Below, piece by piece: positions 10,636-21,134 of a DNA stretch of 64,000 bases (its first letter is position 1; every line of letters starts with the position of its first letter). Made by a program: the position numbers and the translations under genes. This DNA comes from Bacteroidota bacterium (GTDB lineage Bacteria; Bacteroidota; Bacteroidia; Bacteroidales; SZUA-534): positions 70,762-134,761 of the forward strand of contig QKGS01000040.1 in assembly GCA_003250355.1 (NCBI GenBank). The letters run 5' to 3'. The notes below the pieces were generated by a model. It was not told the origin of the DNA, made no database searches, and saw only the letters and a list, made by a program, of their open reading frames with translations.

Positions 10636-11882
10636 TGCTATACTATTTATTTGAATATCTGAACGAGTTGAGCTTTCCAGGAGCCGGAATGTTTCAATAC
10701 ATTTCGTTTCGTGCAGCAGCTGCTATTATTACTTCATTAATAATATCACTCCTATTCGGGAAAAAAATAATACGACGGTTGCAGAAAGCTCAAATTGGCG
10801 AGGTAGTTCGCGACCTTGGACTCGAAGGTCAAATGCAGAAAAAAGGTACTCCAACTATGGGAGGTATTATTATTATAGCTTCAATTCTTATTCCGGTACT
10901 CCTTTTTGCTAAACTCAATAATGTATACATTATTCTTATGCTTATTACCACTATCTGGTGTGGTACTATTGGATTTGTCGACGACTATATTAAGGTATTT
11001 AAGAAAAACAAAGAGGGAATGCCCGGCAAATTTAAAGTATTTGGCCAAATATCGCTTGGGTTAATTGTTGGTATCACCTTATATTTTAGCGATGATGCAA
11101 TAATTCGTGAACGTATTCCTGTAGAAACAGGAAAAGGGAGCGTTGAAATAGTTGAAGGAATTAATGGCGAAGAACAAAGCATTCAGGTTATTGACGTAAA
11201 GTCAACTAAAACAACAATACCTTTTTTAAAAAATAACGAACTCGATTATCAGAGATTAGTAAACTTTTTAGGTGAAGAAGCTGCCAAAAAGTGGGTGTGG
11301 GTTGTGTTTGTAATTATTGTAATATTTATAATTACTGCTGTTTCTAATGGAGCTAACCTTACCGACGGACTCGATGGTCTTGCTACCGGCACATCGTCAA
11401 TAATCGGTGTTACACTTGCCGTACTTGCCTATGTTTCGGGTAATATGATTTGGTCCGATTATTTGAACATAATGTATATACCGCATACAGGCGAATTGGT
11501 TGTATTTGCTGCTGCATTTATTGGTGCAACCATAGGTTTCTTATGGTACAACTCTTTCCCGGCTCAGGTATTTATGGGCGATACAGGAAGTTTAACACTT
11601 GGCGGTATTATAGCAGTATTTGCAATAGCAATTCATAAAGAGCTGCTTATACCTTTGCTGTGTGGTATCTTTTTAATGGAAAGCCTTTCGGTTGTAATGC
11701 AGGTATCATTTTTTAAATACACAAAAAGAAAATACGGTGAAGGGCGCCGAATATTTAAAATGTCGCCACTCCATCATCATTATCAAAAAAGTGGATATCC
11801 CGAACCCAAAATAGTAACACGCTTTTGGATTGTAGGTATACTGTTGGCTGTATTAACAATTGTAACTCTGAAAATAAGATAG
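10635..11882 (+). CDS. mraY: phospho-N-acetylmuramoyl-pentapeptide transferase
   Basis: Polytopic membrane protein with [17 protein letters not shown] and SPLHHH motifs. TAATG overlap with murE. Confidence 0.93.
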   Translation: MLYYLFEYLNELSFPGAGMFQYISFRAAAAIITSLIISLLFGKKIIRRLQKAQIGEVVRDLGLEGQMQKKGTPTMGGIIIIASILIPVLLFAKLNNVYIILMLITTIWCGTIGFVDDYIKVFKKNKEGMPGKFKVFGQISLGLIVGITLYFSDDAIIRERIPVETGKGSVEIVEGINGEEQSIQVIDVKSTKTTIPFLKNNELDYQRLVNFLGEEAAKKWVWVVFVIIVIFIITAVSNGANLTDGLDGLATGTSSIIGVTLAVLAYVSGNMIWSDYLNIMYIPHTGELVVFAAAFIGATIGFLWYNSFPAQVFMGDTGSLTLGGIIAVFAIAIHKELLIPLLCGIFLMESLSVVMQVSFFKYTKRKYGEGRRIFKMSPLHHHYQKSGYPEPKIVTRFWIVGILLAVLTIVTLKIR

Positions 11883-11925
11883 CTAAAACATAAACACTAA
11901 CAATAAAAAGCTAAGAGTAAAATAA

Positions 11926-13269
11926 ATGACCGAGAACAAAAACATAGCAATATTAGGAGCCGGCGAAAGCGGTGTGGGTTCAGCTGTATTGGCTAAAGCT
12001 AAAGGATTTAAAGTGTTTGTATCAGACTTTGGTAATATAGCTCAAAAATATAAAAACGAACTTAACCATCACAATATTGAGTGGGAAGAAGGTACTCATA
12101 CCGTAAGCCGAATATTGGACGCAGCCGAAATTATTAAAAGCCCCGGTATTAGCGAGAAAGTGCCTATTGTTAAAGAAGCTGTCGAAAATGGCATCCCGGT
12201 TATTTCCGAAATTGAATTTGCAGCCCGATATACCAATGCTTTTATGCTATGTATTACAGGTAGCAACGGCAAAACAACCACCACACTGCTTACTTATGAA
12301 ATACTTAGCAAAGCAGGCTTAAATGTTGGACTTGCAGGCAATGTGGGTAAATCATTTGCTCGGCAGGTGGCCGAAGAATCGTTCGATTACTATGTGCTTG
12401 AATTAAGCAGTTTCCAACTCGACGGTATGTTTAACTTCAAGGCAGATATTGCTGTTATTATGAATATAACTCCCGACCATTTAGACCGATACGACTATAA
12501 ATTTGAAAAATATATAGCTTCTAAATTCAGAATAATACAGAATATGGATCGTAGCCGAAAATTAATATTCTGCAACGACGATGAGGTAATTATAAACAAG
12601 TTGAAGGAGGTAAACCCCGATATTGAGTTGCTACCATTTTCACTAAGTAAAAAGGTTCAAAATGGGGCATATACCGAGAATGACAATATGATTGTTAAAT
12701 ACGATAACAATGAACTAATTATGGACATCCGCGATTTAGCTTTACAAGGTAAACACAATACCTACAACTCAATGGCGGCAGGTATAGCTGCCAATGTTTT
12801 GAAAATTAAAAAGGATACTATCAGAGAGTGTCTTATGAATTTTAAAGGGGTTGAGCACAGGTTAGAACCTGTTATTAAAGTTCATAAAATTGAGTTCATT
12901 AACGATTCTAAGGCAACAAATATTAACTCTACATGGTATGCTCTTGAAAGTATGAAAAAGAGAACCGTGTGGATTGTAGGCGGTGTCGATAAGGGCAACG
13001 ATTACGATACTCTTATCCCATTGGTACGTGAAAAGGTGAAAGCAATAGTTTGTTTGGGCAAAGATAATACCAGAATTCATGCAGCATTTAAAGGAATTGT
13101 AAATGATATTGTTGATACCACTTCAATGGACGAGGCTGTTAAGGCTGCATATTATTTGGCAAGTAACGAAGAGGTTGTTCTTTTATCGCCGGCCTGTGCA
13201 AGTTTCGACCTGTTCAACGACTATGAAGACCGCGGTCGCCAGTTTAAAGCTGCTGTTAGAAACCTATAG
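11926..13269 (+). CDS. murD: UDP-N-acetylmuramoylalanine--D-glutamate ligase
   Basis: N-terminal Rossmann motif ILGAGESG, Mur ligase P-loop ITGSNGKTTTT, and conserved position in the cluster. Confidence 0.92.
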   Translation: MTENKNIAILGAGESGVGSAVLAKAKGFKVFVSDFGNIAQKYKNELNHHNIEWEEGTHTVSRILDAAEIIKSPGISEKVPIVKEAVENGIPVISEIEFAARYTNAFMLCITGSNGKTTTTLLTYEILSKAGLNVGLAGNVGKSFARQVAEESFDYYVLELSSFQLDGMFNFKADIAVIMNITPDHLDRYDYKFEKYIASKFRIIQNMDRSRKLIFCNDDEVIINKLKEVNPDIELLPFSLSKKVQNGAYTENDNMIVKYDNNELIMDIRDLALQGKHNTYNSMAAGIAANVLKIKKDTIRECLMNFKGVEHRLEPVIKVHKIEFINDSKATNINSTWYALESMKKRTVWIVGGVDKGNDYDTLIPLVREKVKAIVCLGKDNTRIHAAFKGIVNDIVDTTSMDEAVKAAYYLASNEEVVLLSPACASFDLFNDYEDRGRQFKAAVRNL

Positions 13270-13322
13270 GAAGTATGAACTATTAATTACGAATCAATAA
13301 CTAGGAAATACTAAAGTATAAA

Positions 13323-14528
13323 GTGAAGGAAAAGATAGAGAAATATTTTAAAGGTGATATGGTTATTTGGATAATCATACTAATACTTTCTATTTTCAGT
13401 ATGCTTACCGTGTACAGTGCTACGGGTACACTTGCATACAAAAAAATGGGAGGTAATACATCATATTTTCTTTTCCGCCATTTAACTTTTATAATTGTAG
13501 GGTTTGTAATTACATTTCTGGTACATAATATATCATACAAATTTTACTACAAGCTGGCCAAACTCTTACTCTATTTAAGTGTTCCAATGTTGGCATGGAC
13601 ACTTTTTCGAGGAACCAACCTTAACGATGCGTCGCGCTGGATAACGCTTCCCGGCACCGGACTTTCATTTCAAACTTCCGATTTGGCAAAGTTTGCACTC
13701 ATAATGTATGTAGCCGGAATACTTGGCCGTAGTCAGCAAAATATTGGCGATATAAATACCGTACTACGCCCTATACTATTTTGGGTATTGGTTGTATGTG
13801 GTTTAATTCTCCCTGCCAACTTCTCAACAGCGGCAATGCTCTTTTTCATTTGCCTTGTGCTTATGTTTATTGGTCGCATACCATTAAAATACATAGGCTC
13901 GATTGTTGGTTTTGGGGTAGTGGCACTAACTATATTTATACTTGTAGCATCGAAACTACCCGATTCAGGTAGGCTTGGTACATGGAAATCGAGGGTCGAG
14001 AGCTTTACAAGCAACGACAGCGATGGCAATTATCAGGCTAATCAGGCAAAAATTGCTATTGTTAATGGGCGATATTTGGGGCGAGGCCCCGGAAACAGTA
14101 TTCAACGCAATTTTTTACCCCACCCATATTCCGATTTTATATTTGCAATAGTTGTTGAAGAATATGGTTTAATAGGGGCATTAACCATACTTGCTCTTTA
14201 CTTAATGCTTTTGTTTAGGGTAGGAGCCATAGTTAGAAAAAGCCAACGTACTTTCCCTGCATTTTTAGTCACCGGACTGGCGTTAAGTATTGTTATACAG
14301 GCACTTATAAATATGGGTGTAGCCGTAAATATATTCCCTGTTACCGGACAAACATTACCACTTGTAAGTATGGGGGGTACTTCTATGATATTTACAAGTG
14401 CTGCTTTTGGTATTATTTTAAGCATAAGCCGTACTGTTCAGGCTGAAAGTGCTAACACAGAAGAACAGCTTGGTGAAAATTTTATTGAACCTGAATTGGA
14501 GGACAACGATTATGAAGATTATTATTAG
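13323..14528 (+). CDS. ftsW: SEDS-family peptidoglycan glycosyltransferase FtsW
   Basis: 10-TM SEDS protein (LPHPYSDFIFA, PLVSMGGTS). The GTG at 13323 is the only in-frame start upstream of the conserved YFKGD segment. Confidence 0.88.
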   Translation: MKEKIEKYFKGDMVIWIIILILSIFSMLTVYSATGTLAYKKMGGNTSYFLFRHLTFIIVGFVITFLVHNISYKFYYKLAKLLLYLSVPMLAWTLFRGTNLNDASRWITLPGTGLSFQTSDLAKFALIMYVAGILGRSQQNIGDINTVLRPILFWVLVVCGLILPANFSTAAMLFFICLVLMFIGRIPLKYIGSIVGFGVVALTIFILVASKLPDSGRLGTWKSRVESFTSNDSDGNYQANQAKIAIVNGRYLGRGPGNSIQRNFLPHPYSDFIFAIVVEEYGLIGALTILALYLMLLFRVGAIVRKSQRTFPAFLVTGLALSIVIQALINMGVAVNIFPVTGQTLPLVSMGGTSMIFTSAAFGIILSISRTVQAESANTEEQLGENFIEPELEDNDYEDYY

Positions 14529-15612
14529 CGGTGGTGGAACTGGCGGTCATATATTTCCCGCAATAGCTATTGCAAGAGCATTGCAACGCCGCAAACCCGA
14601 TGTGGAAATACTTTTTGTTGGAGCTCAACACCGTATGGAAATGGAAAAAGTACCTGCCGCAGGGTATCGTATTATTGGTTTGCCCGTAGCAGGGTTACAA
14701 CGCCGCTTAACTTGGAAAAACCTCACATTTTTACCTAAGCTTTTTATTAGTCTTACCAAGTGTCAGGGTATCATTAATTCGTTTAAACCCGATGTGGTTA
14801 TTGGTGTTGGAGGTTATGCCAGCGGCCCAATGTTAAAAACTGCTCAACGAAATAAAATACCTACCGTTATTCAGGAACAAAACTCATACGCCGGGTTAAC
14901 CAATAAGCTTTTAGGGCGTAAAGCAACTAAAATATGTGTTGCTTATGACGGTATGGATAAATATTTTCCGTCAAGTAAAATAGTATTTACAGGAAATCCT
15001 ATTCGCAAGGGAATGCAAAACTTGGTAATGAACTCGCCCGAAGCATTCGAATATTTCGGCTTTAGCCCCGATAAACCTACGCTACTTGTTGTTGGTGGCA
15101 GTCTTGGAGCCAAGAGTATTAACGAAAGTATGGCTTTTAACCTTGATGAGCTTATTTTGAAAAAAGTGCAGGTTATTTGGCAAACAGGTAAAACTTATTA
15201 CGATACCGCACGCAACGAACTTACAAAATACAGCGACCACAAGGTAAAGGTTGTCGATTTTATTAACAGAATGGATTATGCATTCTCAATTGCCGACGTA
15301 ATAATTTCAAGAGCCGGAGCAGGTACTATTTCTGAATTATATGCTGTCGGTAAGCCGGTAATATTAGTACCAAGCCCCAATGTGGCCGAAGACCATCAAA
15401 CTAAAAATGCTATGGCTTTGGTTAACAAAAATGCAGCTATACTGGTAAAAGACAGCGACGCAATCGATTCATTGGTTAAAACATATATTAACCTTATCGA
15501 CAATGAAGTGAAAATGGTTGAGTTAAGTAAAAATATTAAGCAGTTGGCGCATATGGATGCCGACAACGAGATAGTTGATGAAATATTAAAAATAGTTGAA
15601 AAAGTAAAGTAG
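14512..15612 (+). CDS. murG: UDP-N-acetylglucosamine--N-acetylmuramyl-(pentapeptide) pyrophosphoryl-undecaprenol GlcNAc transferase
   Basis: MKIIISGGGTGGHIFPAIAIA N-terminus and the C-terminal SRAGAGTISEL motif. The ATG at 14512 is preferred over the track start at 14449 and overlaps ftsW by 17 nt. Confidence 0.92.
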   Translation: MKIIISGGGTGGHIFPAIAIARALQRRKPDVEILFVGAQHRMEMEKVPAAGYRIIGLPVAGLQRRLTWKNLTFLPKLFISLTKCQGIINSFKPDVVIGVGGYASGPMLKTAQRNKIPTVIQEQNSYAGLTNKLLGRKATKICVAYDGMDKYFPSSKIVFTGNPIRKGMQNLVMNSPEAFEYFGFSPDKPTLLVVGGSLGAKSINESMAFNLDELILKKVQVIWQTGKTYYDTARNELTKYSDHKVKVVDFINRMDYAFSIADVIISRAGAGTISELYAVGKPVILVPSPNVAEDHQTKNAMALVNKNAAILVKDSDAIDSLVKTYINLIDNEVKMVELSKNIKQLAHMDADNEIVDEILKIVEKVK

Positions 15613-15615
15613 TTT

Positions 15616-17031
15616 ATGCACTTTGAGAATGTAAAAAATATATTCTTTATTGGTATCGGAGGTATCGGTATGAGTGGTATTGCACAGTGGTTTCACAAGT
15701 CGGGCTATTGTGTGGCAGGGTACGACCGTACACCAACCGATATTACTTCGCATTTGCAAAATATGGGTGTAAATATTGTTTTCGACGAGTCGGAACAAGC
15801 AATACCCGATATTTTTAAACAAAGTACAAATGACACTTTGGTGGTTTATACCCCTGCTATCCCTGCCGAGCACGAAGGATTCAATTATTTTAAAAACAAC
15901 GGTTATACCGTTATAAAACGTGCAAAGGCTCTAGGTATGCTAACTGATGGTAAAACAGGGCTTGCTGTTGCAGGTACACATGGTAAAACATCGGTTTCTA
16001 CAACATTGGCTACCATACTTAATAATTCATCGAAAGGGTGTAGTGCTTTTGTTGGCGGAGTGTCAAAAAATATTGGAACCAACGTTATTATAAACCCGCA
16101 AGCCGATGCTGTTGTTGTTGAAGCCGACGAGTTCGACCGTTCTTTCCTTACCCTGTTTCCACAAATAGCCGTAATAACATCAATGGATGCCGACCACCTA
16201 GATATATACGGCGAGCCGGCTGAATTACATAAAACTTTTCACTCGTTTGTGTCGCAAATTAAGCCTGGCGGTGCAGTAGTTGTTAAAAAAGGATTACCCC
16301 TTTCTCACCACACTAACAGCTCTATAAGCTATTATTCATATTCGCTCAATGACAATGCCGATTTTTATGCAACCGACATTAAGATTAATGATAATGCAGA
16401 CCATAAACTTGGTGGTAACTATTGTTTTAATATAGTACATCCAAAAGGGATAATTGAAAACATTGAACTTGGAGTACCCGGATTATATAATGTTGAAAAT
16501 GCAATTGCAGCATCAGCCGTTGCCCTGATTTATGGAGTTAGTGAGCAAGAAATAAAAACTGCACTTGCCCAATACACAGGTGTAAAACGACGATTCGATA
16601 TTATTTTAAAAACTGAAAACAAAGTATTTATCGACGATTATGCTCATCACCCTACCGAAATAGAGGCGTGCTACAATTCTATCCGTAATTTTTATCCCGA
16701 AAAAAGAGTTGCAGTTTTGTTCCAGCCTCATTTGTACAGTAGAACCAACGACTTTGCCGACGGTTTTGCCAAAGCTCTCGATGCTTTTGACCATATAGTA
16801 CTTACCGACCTATATCCGGCCAGAGAAAAACCTCTCCCAGGAGTATCGAGCCATATGATATTGGGGCTTATGAAAAATAATAACAAACAGTTTATCCAAT
16901 ATTCAGAACTTGCCCAACGTGCAGCTTCAATTAATTGCGACATACTGGTTACTATGGGAGCCGGCGATATTGATAAGCTGGTAGAACCTATTAAACAAGA
17001 ACTCATAAAAACAATGGAGGTACAATTGTGA
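15616..17031 (+). CDS. murC: UDP-N-acetylmuramate--L-alanine ligase
   Basis: FIGIGGIGMSGIAQ N-terminus, P-loop AGTHGKTS, and DDYAHHPTEI. Confidence 0.92.
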   Translation: MHFENVKNIFFIGIGGIGMSGIAQWFHKSGYCVAGYDRTPTDITSHLQNMGVNIVFDESEQAIPDIFKQSTNDTLVVYTPAIPAEHEGFNYFKNNGYTVIKRAKALGMLTDGKTGLAVAGTHGKTSVSTTLATILNNSSKGCSAFVGGVSKNIGTNVIINPQADAVVVEADEFDRSFLTLFPQIAVITSMDADHLDIYGEPAELHKTFHSFVSQIKPGGAVVVKKGLPLSHHTNSSISYYSYSLNDNADFYATDIKINDNADHKLGGNYCFNIVHPKGIIENIELGVPGLYNVENAIAASAVALIYGVSEQEIKTALAQYTGVKRRFDIILKTENKVFIDDYAHHPTEIEACYNSIRNFYPEKRVAVLFQPHLYSRTNDFADGFAKALDAFDHIVLTDLYPAREKPLPGVSSHMILGLMKNNNKQFIQYSELAQRAASINCDILVTMGAGDIDKLVEPIKQELIKTMEVQL

Positions 17032-17807
17032 TAAATAAGTTCAAACATACTGCTCCATTTATAACTATTGCTATTTATATGCTGGTTATGCTCACTCTTG
17101 TATCTGCCAAGCGCAAAGACATTGAGTGTAGCAATATTAAAGTGAATATTAAAGATAAATCAGAATATCTATTCATTGAGGATTCCGATGTTGTATCTAT
17201 TATTAACGAAAATAGCGACCGTTTAATGGGGCAGCCTATTGAAAAAATTAATATCGATAAGCTTGAATCATTACTTTCTGTACATCCGTCAATTAAAAAG
17301 GCCGATGTTTACCGAAATATCAGGGGCGACTTGTCGGTAAGAATTACGCAGCGAAAACCACTAATGCGTGTAATAGATAAAAACCGGGAAAGCTATTACA
17401 TCGATATAGAAGGAAAAGTAATGCCACTGTCCCAAAAATATACTGCTCATGTAATAATTGTAAATGGTAATTTCAACGAACCGTATGCTAAAAATAAAGA
17501 GCTCAATGTGATAAAAGATGAAAATGCAAGCCCAAAATTAAAGCAACTTTTTACATTGGCCACATATATTTATAACAACGAATTTTTAAAATCGCAAATA
17601 GAGCAAATATATGTTTCAGGCAGTAAAGTTGAACTAGTGCCGCGAGTAGGTACTCATATAATTGAGTTCGGACATATAAACGATATTGAAGAAAAATTCA
17701 TGAAGCTCGATGCCCTTTATAAACAAGGTCTTCCGGCTAATGGTTGGAACAAGTATAAAACAATAAACTTAGAATATAAAAATCAGGTAATCTGTACAAA
17801 ACGATAG
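17028..17807 (+). CDS. ftsQ: cell division protein FtsQ
   Basis: Bitopic protein with one N-terminal TM helix followed by a POTRA-like domain, in the conserved position. Its GTG start overlaps the murC stop (GTGA). Confidence 0.8.
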   Translation: MINKFKHTAPFITIAIYMLVMLTLVSAKRKDIECSNIKVNIKDKSEYLFIEDSDVVSIINENSDRLMGQPIEKINIDKLESLLSVHPSIKKADVYRNIRGDLSVRITQRKPLMRVIDKNRESYYIDIEGKVMPLSQKYTAHVIIVNGNFNEPYAKNKELNVIKDENASPKLKQLFTLATYIYNNEFLKSQIEQIYVSGSKVELVPRVGTHIIEFGHINDIEEKFMKLDALYKQGLPANGWNKYKTINLEYKNQVICTKR

Positions 17808-17811
17808 AGTT

Positions 17812-19164
17812 ATGAACCCACAACAAAACATTGTAGCAGCAATTGATATTGGCACAACAAAGATTGTAGCCATAATTGGTAAAAAAGACGATACCGGCAA
17901 AATAGATATAATGGGCTATGGTAAGGCTCGCTCAACCGGCGTAAAACGAGGTGTTGTTCTTAATATAGAACAAACAGTTAATGCCATTCGCGAAGCGGTA
18001 ACACAGGCACAGGAACAAGCCGGCCTAACCATTACCGACGCTTATGTTGGCATAGCCGGCCAACATATTCGCAGTAGTCGCAACCGAGGATACATTAACC
18101 GCGATTCATACGACGAGGAAATATCGCGCGAAGATGTTGATGCACTTATTAACGATATGCGCAAATATCCAATTGAGGTTGGCGAGGAAATTATTCATGT
18201 GCTTCCGCAAAATTTTATTGTCGATAATGAAACCGGAGTTAAAAATCCGGCAGGTATGTTCGGTAAGCGTCTTGAAGCAAACTTCCACATTGTTATTGGA
18301 CAAACAACAGCTGCAAACAACATTAAAAAATGTGTTAACAGAGCAGGTATTAATGTAAAACAACTTGTTCTTGAGCCACTTGCATCGTCGCAGGCAGTTC
18401 TTTCCGAAGACGAAAAAGAGATGGGCGTTGCTTTAGTAGATATTGGTGGTGGCACAACCGATGTAGCTGTTTTTTACGATGGTATAATTCGTCATACTGC
18501 TGTTATCCCATTTGGTGGAAACATAGTAACACAAGATATTAAGCAAGGGTGCAATATTTTGGAACGATACGCTGAACAGGTAAAAGTTAAGTTTGGCTCT
18601 GCTTTAGCCGATCAGGCTCAGGAAAATAAAGTAGTTAGCATTCCCGGGTTAAATGGTCGCTTGCCTAAAGAAATATCGTTCAAGAACCTTGCTAATATTA
18701 TTCAATCAAGAATGGTAGAAATTATTGAGCAAGTATATTTTGAAATAGATGCCTCAGGCATGATGCAGCACCTTGGAGCAGGCATTGTACTAACAGGTGG
18801 CGGAGCATTGCTTAAAAACCTTAGCCAGCTTGTTGCCTTCAAAACAGGTATGGATGTTCGTTTGGGTTTACCTAGCCAAAACATTAAAAGCGATGTACTT
18901 GGCGATGCCAACCAAACAATTTACTCAACCGGTGTTGGACTTATGATGATTGGACTCGACGAGGGCGAAAACTGCTGCGGAGCTAAGAAACAAAAACCTG
19001 AACCTAAAGCTGCAATTAAAAAAGAACCTAAAGTTGAGGTTAAGGAAGTAGTAAAAGAAGAGAAACCCGAACCTGTCGAAGAGAAACAAAAACCGAAAAA
19101 AATAGGTGGCCTTTTCGATAAGCTTGGCGATTTCTTTGAAGTAAAAGATGAACCTTTGAAATAA
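17812..19164 (+). CDS. ftsA: cell division protein FtsA
   Basis: Actin-fold phosphate motifs AIDIGTTKI and VDIGGGTTD. A K/E/P-rich linker precedes the C-terminal amphipathic helix GGLFDKLGDFF. Confidence 0.93.
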   Translation: MNPQQNIVAAIDIGTTKIVAIIGKKDDTGKIDIMGYGKARSTGVKRGVVLNIEQTVNAIREAVTQAQEQAGLTITDAYVGIAGQHIRSSRNRGYINRDSYDEEISREDVDALINDMRKYPIEVGEEIIHVLPQNFIVDNETGVKNPAGMFGKRLEANFHIVIGQTTAANNIKKCVNRAGINVKQLVLEPLASSQAVLSEDEKEMGVALVDIGGGTTDVAVFYDGIIRHTAVIPFGGNIVTQDIKQGCNILERYAEQVKVKFGSALADQAQENKVVSIPGLNGRLPKEISFKNLANIIQSRMVEIIEQVYFEIDASGMMQHLGAGIVLTGGGALLKNLSQLVAFKTGMDVRLGLPSQNIKSDVLGDANQTIYSTGVGLMMIGLDEGENCCGAKKQKPEPKAAIKKEPKVEVKEVVKEEKPEPVEEKQKPKKIGGLFDKLGDFFEVKDEPLK

Positions 19165-19201
19165 CCTTTCAGTAAGTTTGCTTACGTAAAAATGAATTAT
19201 T

Positions 19202-20686
19202 ATGGCTGAAGATTTAATGCATTTCGATTTACCTAAAAATAAATCATCAATAATAAAAGTTATTGGAGTAGGTGGCGGTGGCAGCAATGCTGTAAACCAT
19301 ATGTACGAACAGGGCATTACCGATGTTGATTTTATAATATGCAACACCGATGAGCAAGCCCTGAAAGATAGTCCGGTACCTGTAACTATACAACTTGGCG
19401 AAACTCTGACAAAGGGGCGCGGAGCCGGAAACAAGCCTGAACAAGGGCGGCAGGCGGCCATTGAAAGCCTCGACAAAATAACCGAACTCTTGAGCCATAA
19501 TACTGAAATGGTATTTATTACCGCCGGAATGGGCGGTGGAACCGGTACCGGTGCTGCTCCCGTTATTGCCGACGAAGCCCGCGAACTTGGAATTCTTACT
19601 GTGGGTATTGTAACTCTTCCGTTTCGCTTCGAAGGCAAAAAACGTTTAACACAGGCTATTGAAGGGCTTAATAAAATGCGTCAGCATGTCGACTCACTGC
19701 TTGTTATAAACAATGAAAAGCTACGTGAAATGTATGGCAATATGCCTTTTAAAGAAGCATTTAGCCAGGCCGACAATATTCTTACGGTTGCCGCAAAAGG
19801 TATTGCCGAAATAATCACTGTTCACGGTCATATTAACGTCGACTTTGCCGATGTACAAACAGTAATGAAAGATAGCGGGGTAGCACTTATGGGTTCAGCA
19901 TCGGCTTCGGGTGAAAACCGTGCTATGATAGCAATTGAAGAAGCCCTTAACTCACCATTGCTCAACGACAACGACATAAAAGGGGCAAAAGATATTCTTC
20001 TCAATATTGCATCGTCGGAACAAAATGAGGTTACTATGGACGAAATAGGTGAAATAACCGATTATGTACAGGTATCGGCAGGATTGAGTGCCGATATTAT
20101 TTGGGGTATTACTACCGATAATTCTCTTGGCGAAGGTATTAGCGTTACTATTATTGCTACCGGATTTGGTAATGAAAGTATACCTGAGTTAAATGTTTTG
20201 CAACAACCTAAAGAAGAAAAGTTTACTATATCGGAACCGGTTGACCGTAAAAATATAGTTACAGATAGCTATAACGAAAACGATGAAATAAAGTTTGAAG
20301 TTATAGATAAAAGCATTCAGAATGAACCTGTAAAAAATGAAACAAAACAACAAGATAGTGTTATAGAATGTTTCGACCTTTTTGGCGATACTCTCGAACA
20401 TAGTAAAGACCAACCTGTTCAGCTTAATCTTGATATAGCCAGAGCTCCACAATCGGAAGATAAACCTGTTGCCGATGCTCCTAAACCAAAGGTTTCATAT
20501 AAGAACGAAAGCGACATAGAGTTTTTGGAAAATCAACCGGCTTTTAAAAGAAAAAATGTTACTCTCGACCCTATGGAAGAGATTAAAGTAGATAATGTAG
20601 AAGTATCACGATTTTCACTTTCCGACGACGAAGGTGTTACACGAATTAAGGATAGAAACTCTTTTCTACACGACAATGTAGACTAA
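19202..20686 (+). CDS. ftsZ: cell division protein FtsZ
   Basis: Tubulin signature GGGTGTGAAP and NTDEQAL. A long C-terminal linker contains a PAFKRKN peptide and is followed by a further 41-aa tail. Confidence 0.95.
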   Translation: MAEDLMHFDLPKNKSSIIKVIGVGGGGSNAVNHMYEQGITDVDFIICNTDEQALKDSPVPVTIQLGETLTKGRGAGNKPEQGRQAAIESLDKITELLSHNTEMVFITAGMGGGTGTGAAPVIADEARELGILTVGIVTLPFRFEGKKRLTQAIEGLNKMRQHVDSLLVINNEKLREMYGNMPFKEAFSQADNILTVAAKGIAEIITVHGHINVDFADVQTVMKDSGVALMGSASASGENRAMIAIEEALNSPLLNDNDIKGAKDILLNIASSEQNEVTMDEIGEITDYVQVSAGLSADIIWGITTDNSLGEGISVTIIATGFGNESIPELNVLQQPKEEKFTISEPVDRKNIVTDSYNENDEIKFEVIDKSIQNEPVKNETKQQDSVIECFDLFGDTLEHSKDQPVQLNLDIARAPQSEDKPVADAPKPKVSYKNESDIEFLENQPAFKRKNVTLDPMEEIKVDNVEVSRFSLSDDEGVTRIKDRNSFLHDNVD

Positions 20687-20787
20687 TTATATTGTTTTTA
20701 TTTTTCATATGTTGCTAAACATGTAACCTTGATTTGAGGGGGTGTTTTTGCTATATTGTGTTATAAATAGTCCAAAAACATTCTAAT

Positions 20788-20994
20788 ATGGAAACACCGG
20801 TAATTTGTGGAAGTAAAGTATCCACCTATGTAAAGTATCAGGGAAAGTACATTGCTACTACTGAGTATTGTAGTGAATATGTTATTGCTTCGGGCAATAC
20901 AAAACAGGAGGCTTATGAAAGAGCTGTCCGTCAGGGTTATCCCACTCCTGTTATAGCATACATAGCTCAGGAACTTGCTGAAAATTCATTCTAA
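20788..20994 (+). CDS. small hypothetical protein (possibly DUF5678-like)
   Basis: 68-aa ORF followed by a terminator. The pattern YQGKYIA...YVIASGNTKQEAYERAVRQGYPTPVIAYI resembles DUF5678 proteins from memory only. Confidence 0.4.
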   Translation: METPVICGSKVSTYVKYQGKYIATTEYCSEYVIASGNTKQEAYERAVRQGYPTPVIAYIAQELAENSF

Positions 20995-21085
20995 TGTGTT
21001 TTTAGCTGTTTTGTATTTTCATTTATCAACATTCAATATAATTGTTGAATAATATTGTATTGTGTATTAACTATACACTCATCCC

Positions 21086-21123
21086 AAAAAAAATCCCCCG
21101 TATTTACATCCGAGGGATTTTTT
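21086..21123. terminator. bidirectional intrinsic terminator
   Basis: A-run, then stem TCCCCCG / CGAGGGA (one mismatch) with a 10-nt loop, then a T-run. It lies between the convergent 20788 ORF and aspS. Confidence 0.7.
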
Positions 21124-21134
21124 ATAATATAAAA

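Noticed and set aside
18925-19638. 237-aa ORF on the minus strand spanning the ftsA/ftsZ junction
   Set aside because: It is antisense to two strongly supported genes. Its Pro/Ala/Ser-rich low-complexity sequence is simply the reverse-complement reading of the Gly-rich FtsZ and K/E-rich FtsA regions. It has no promoter or terminator context.
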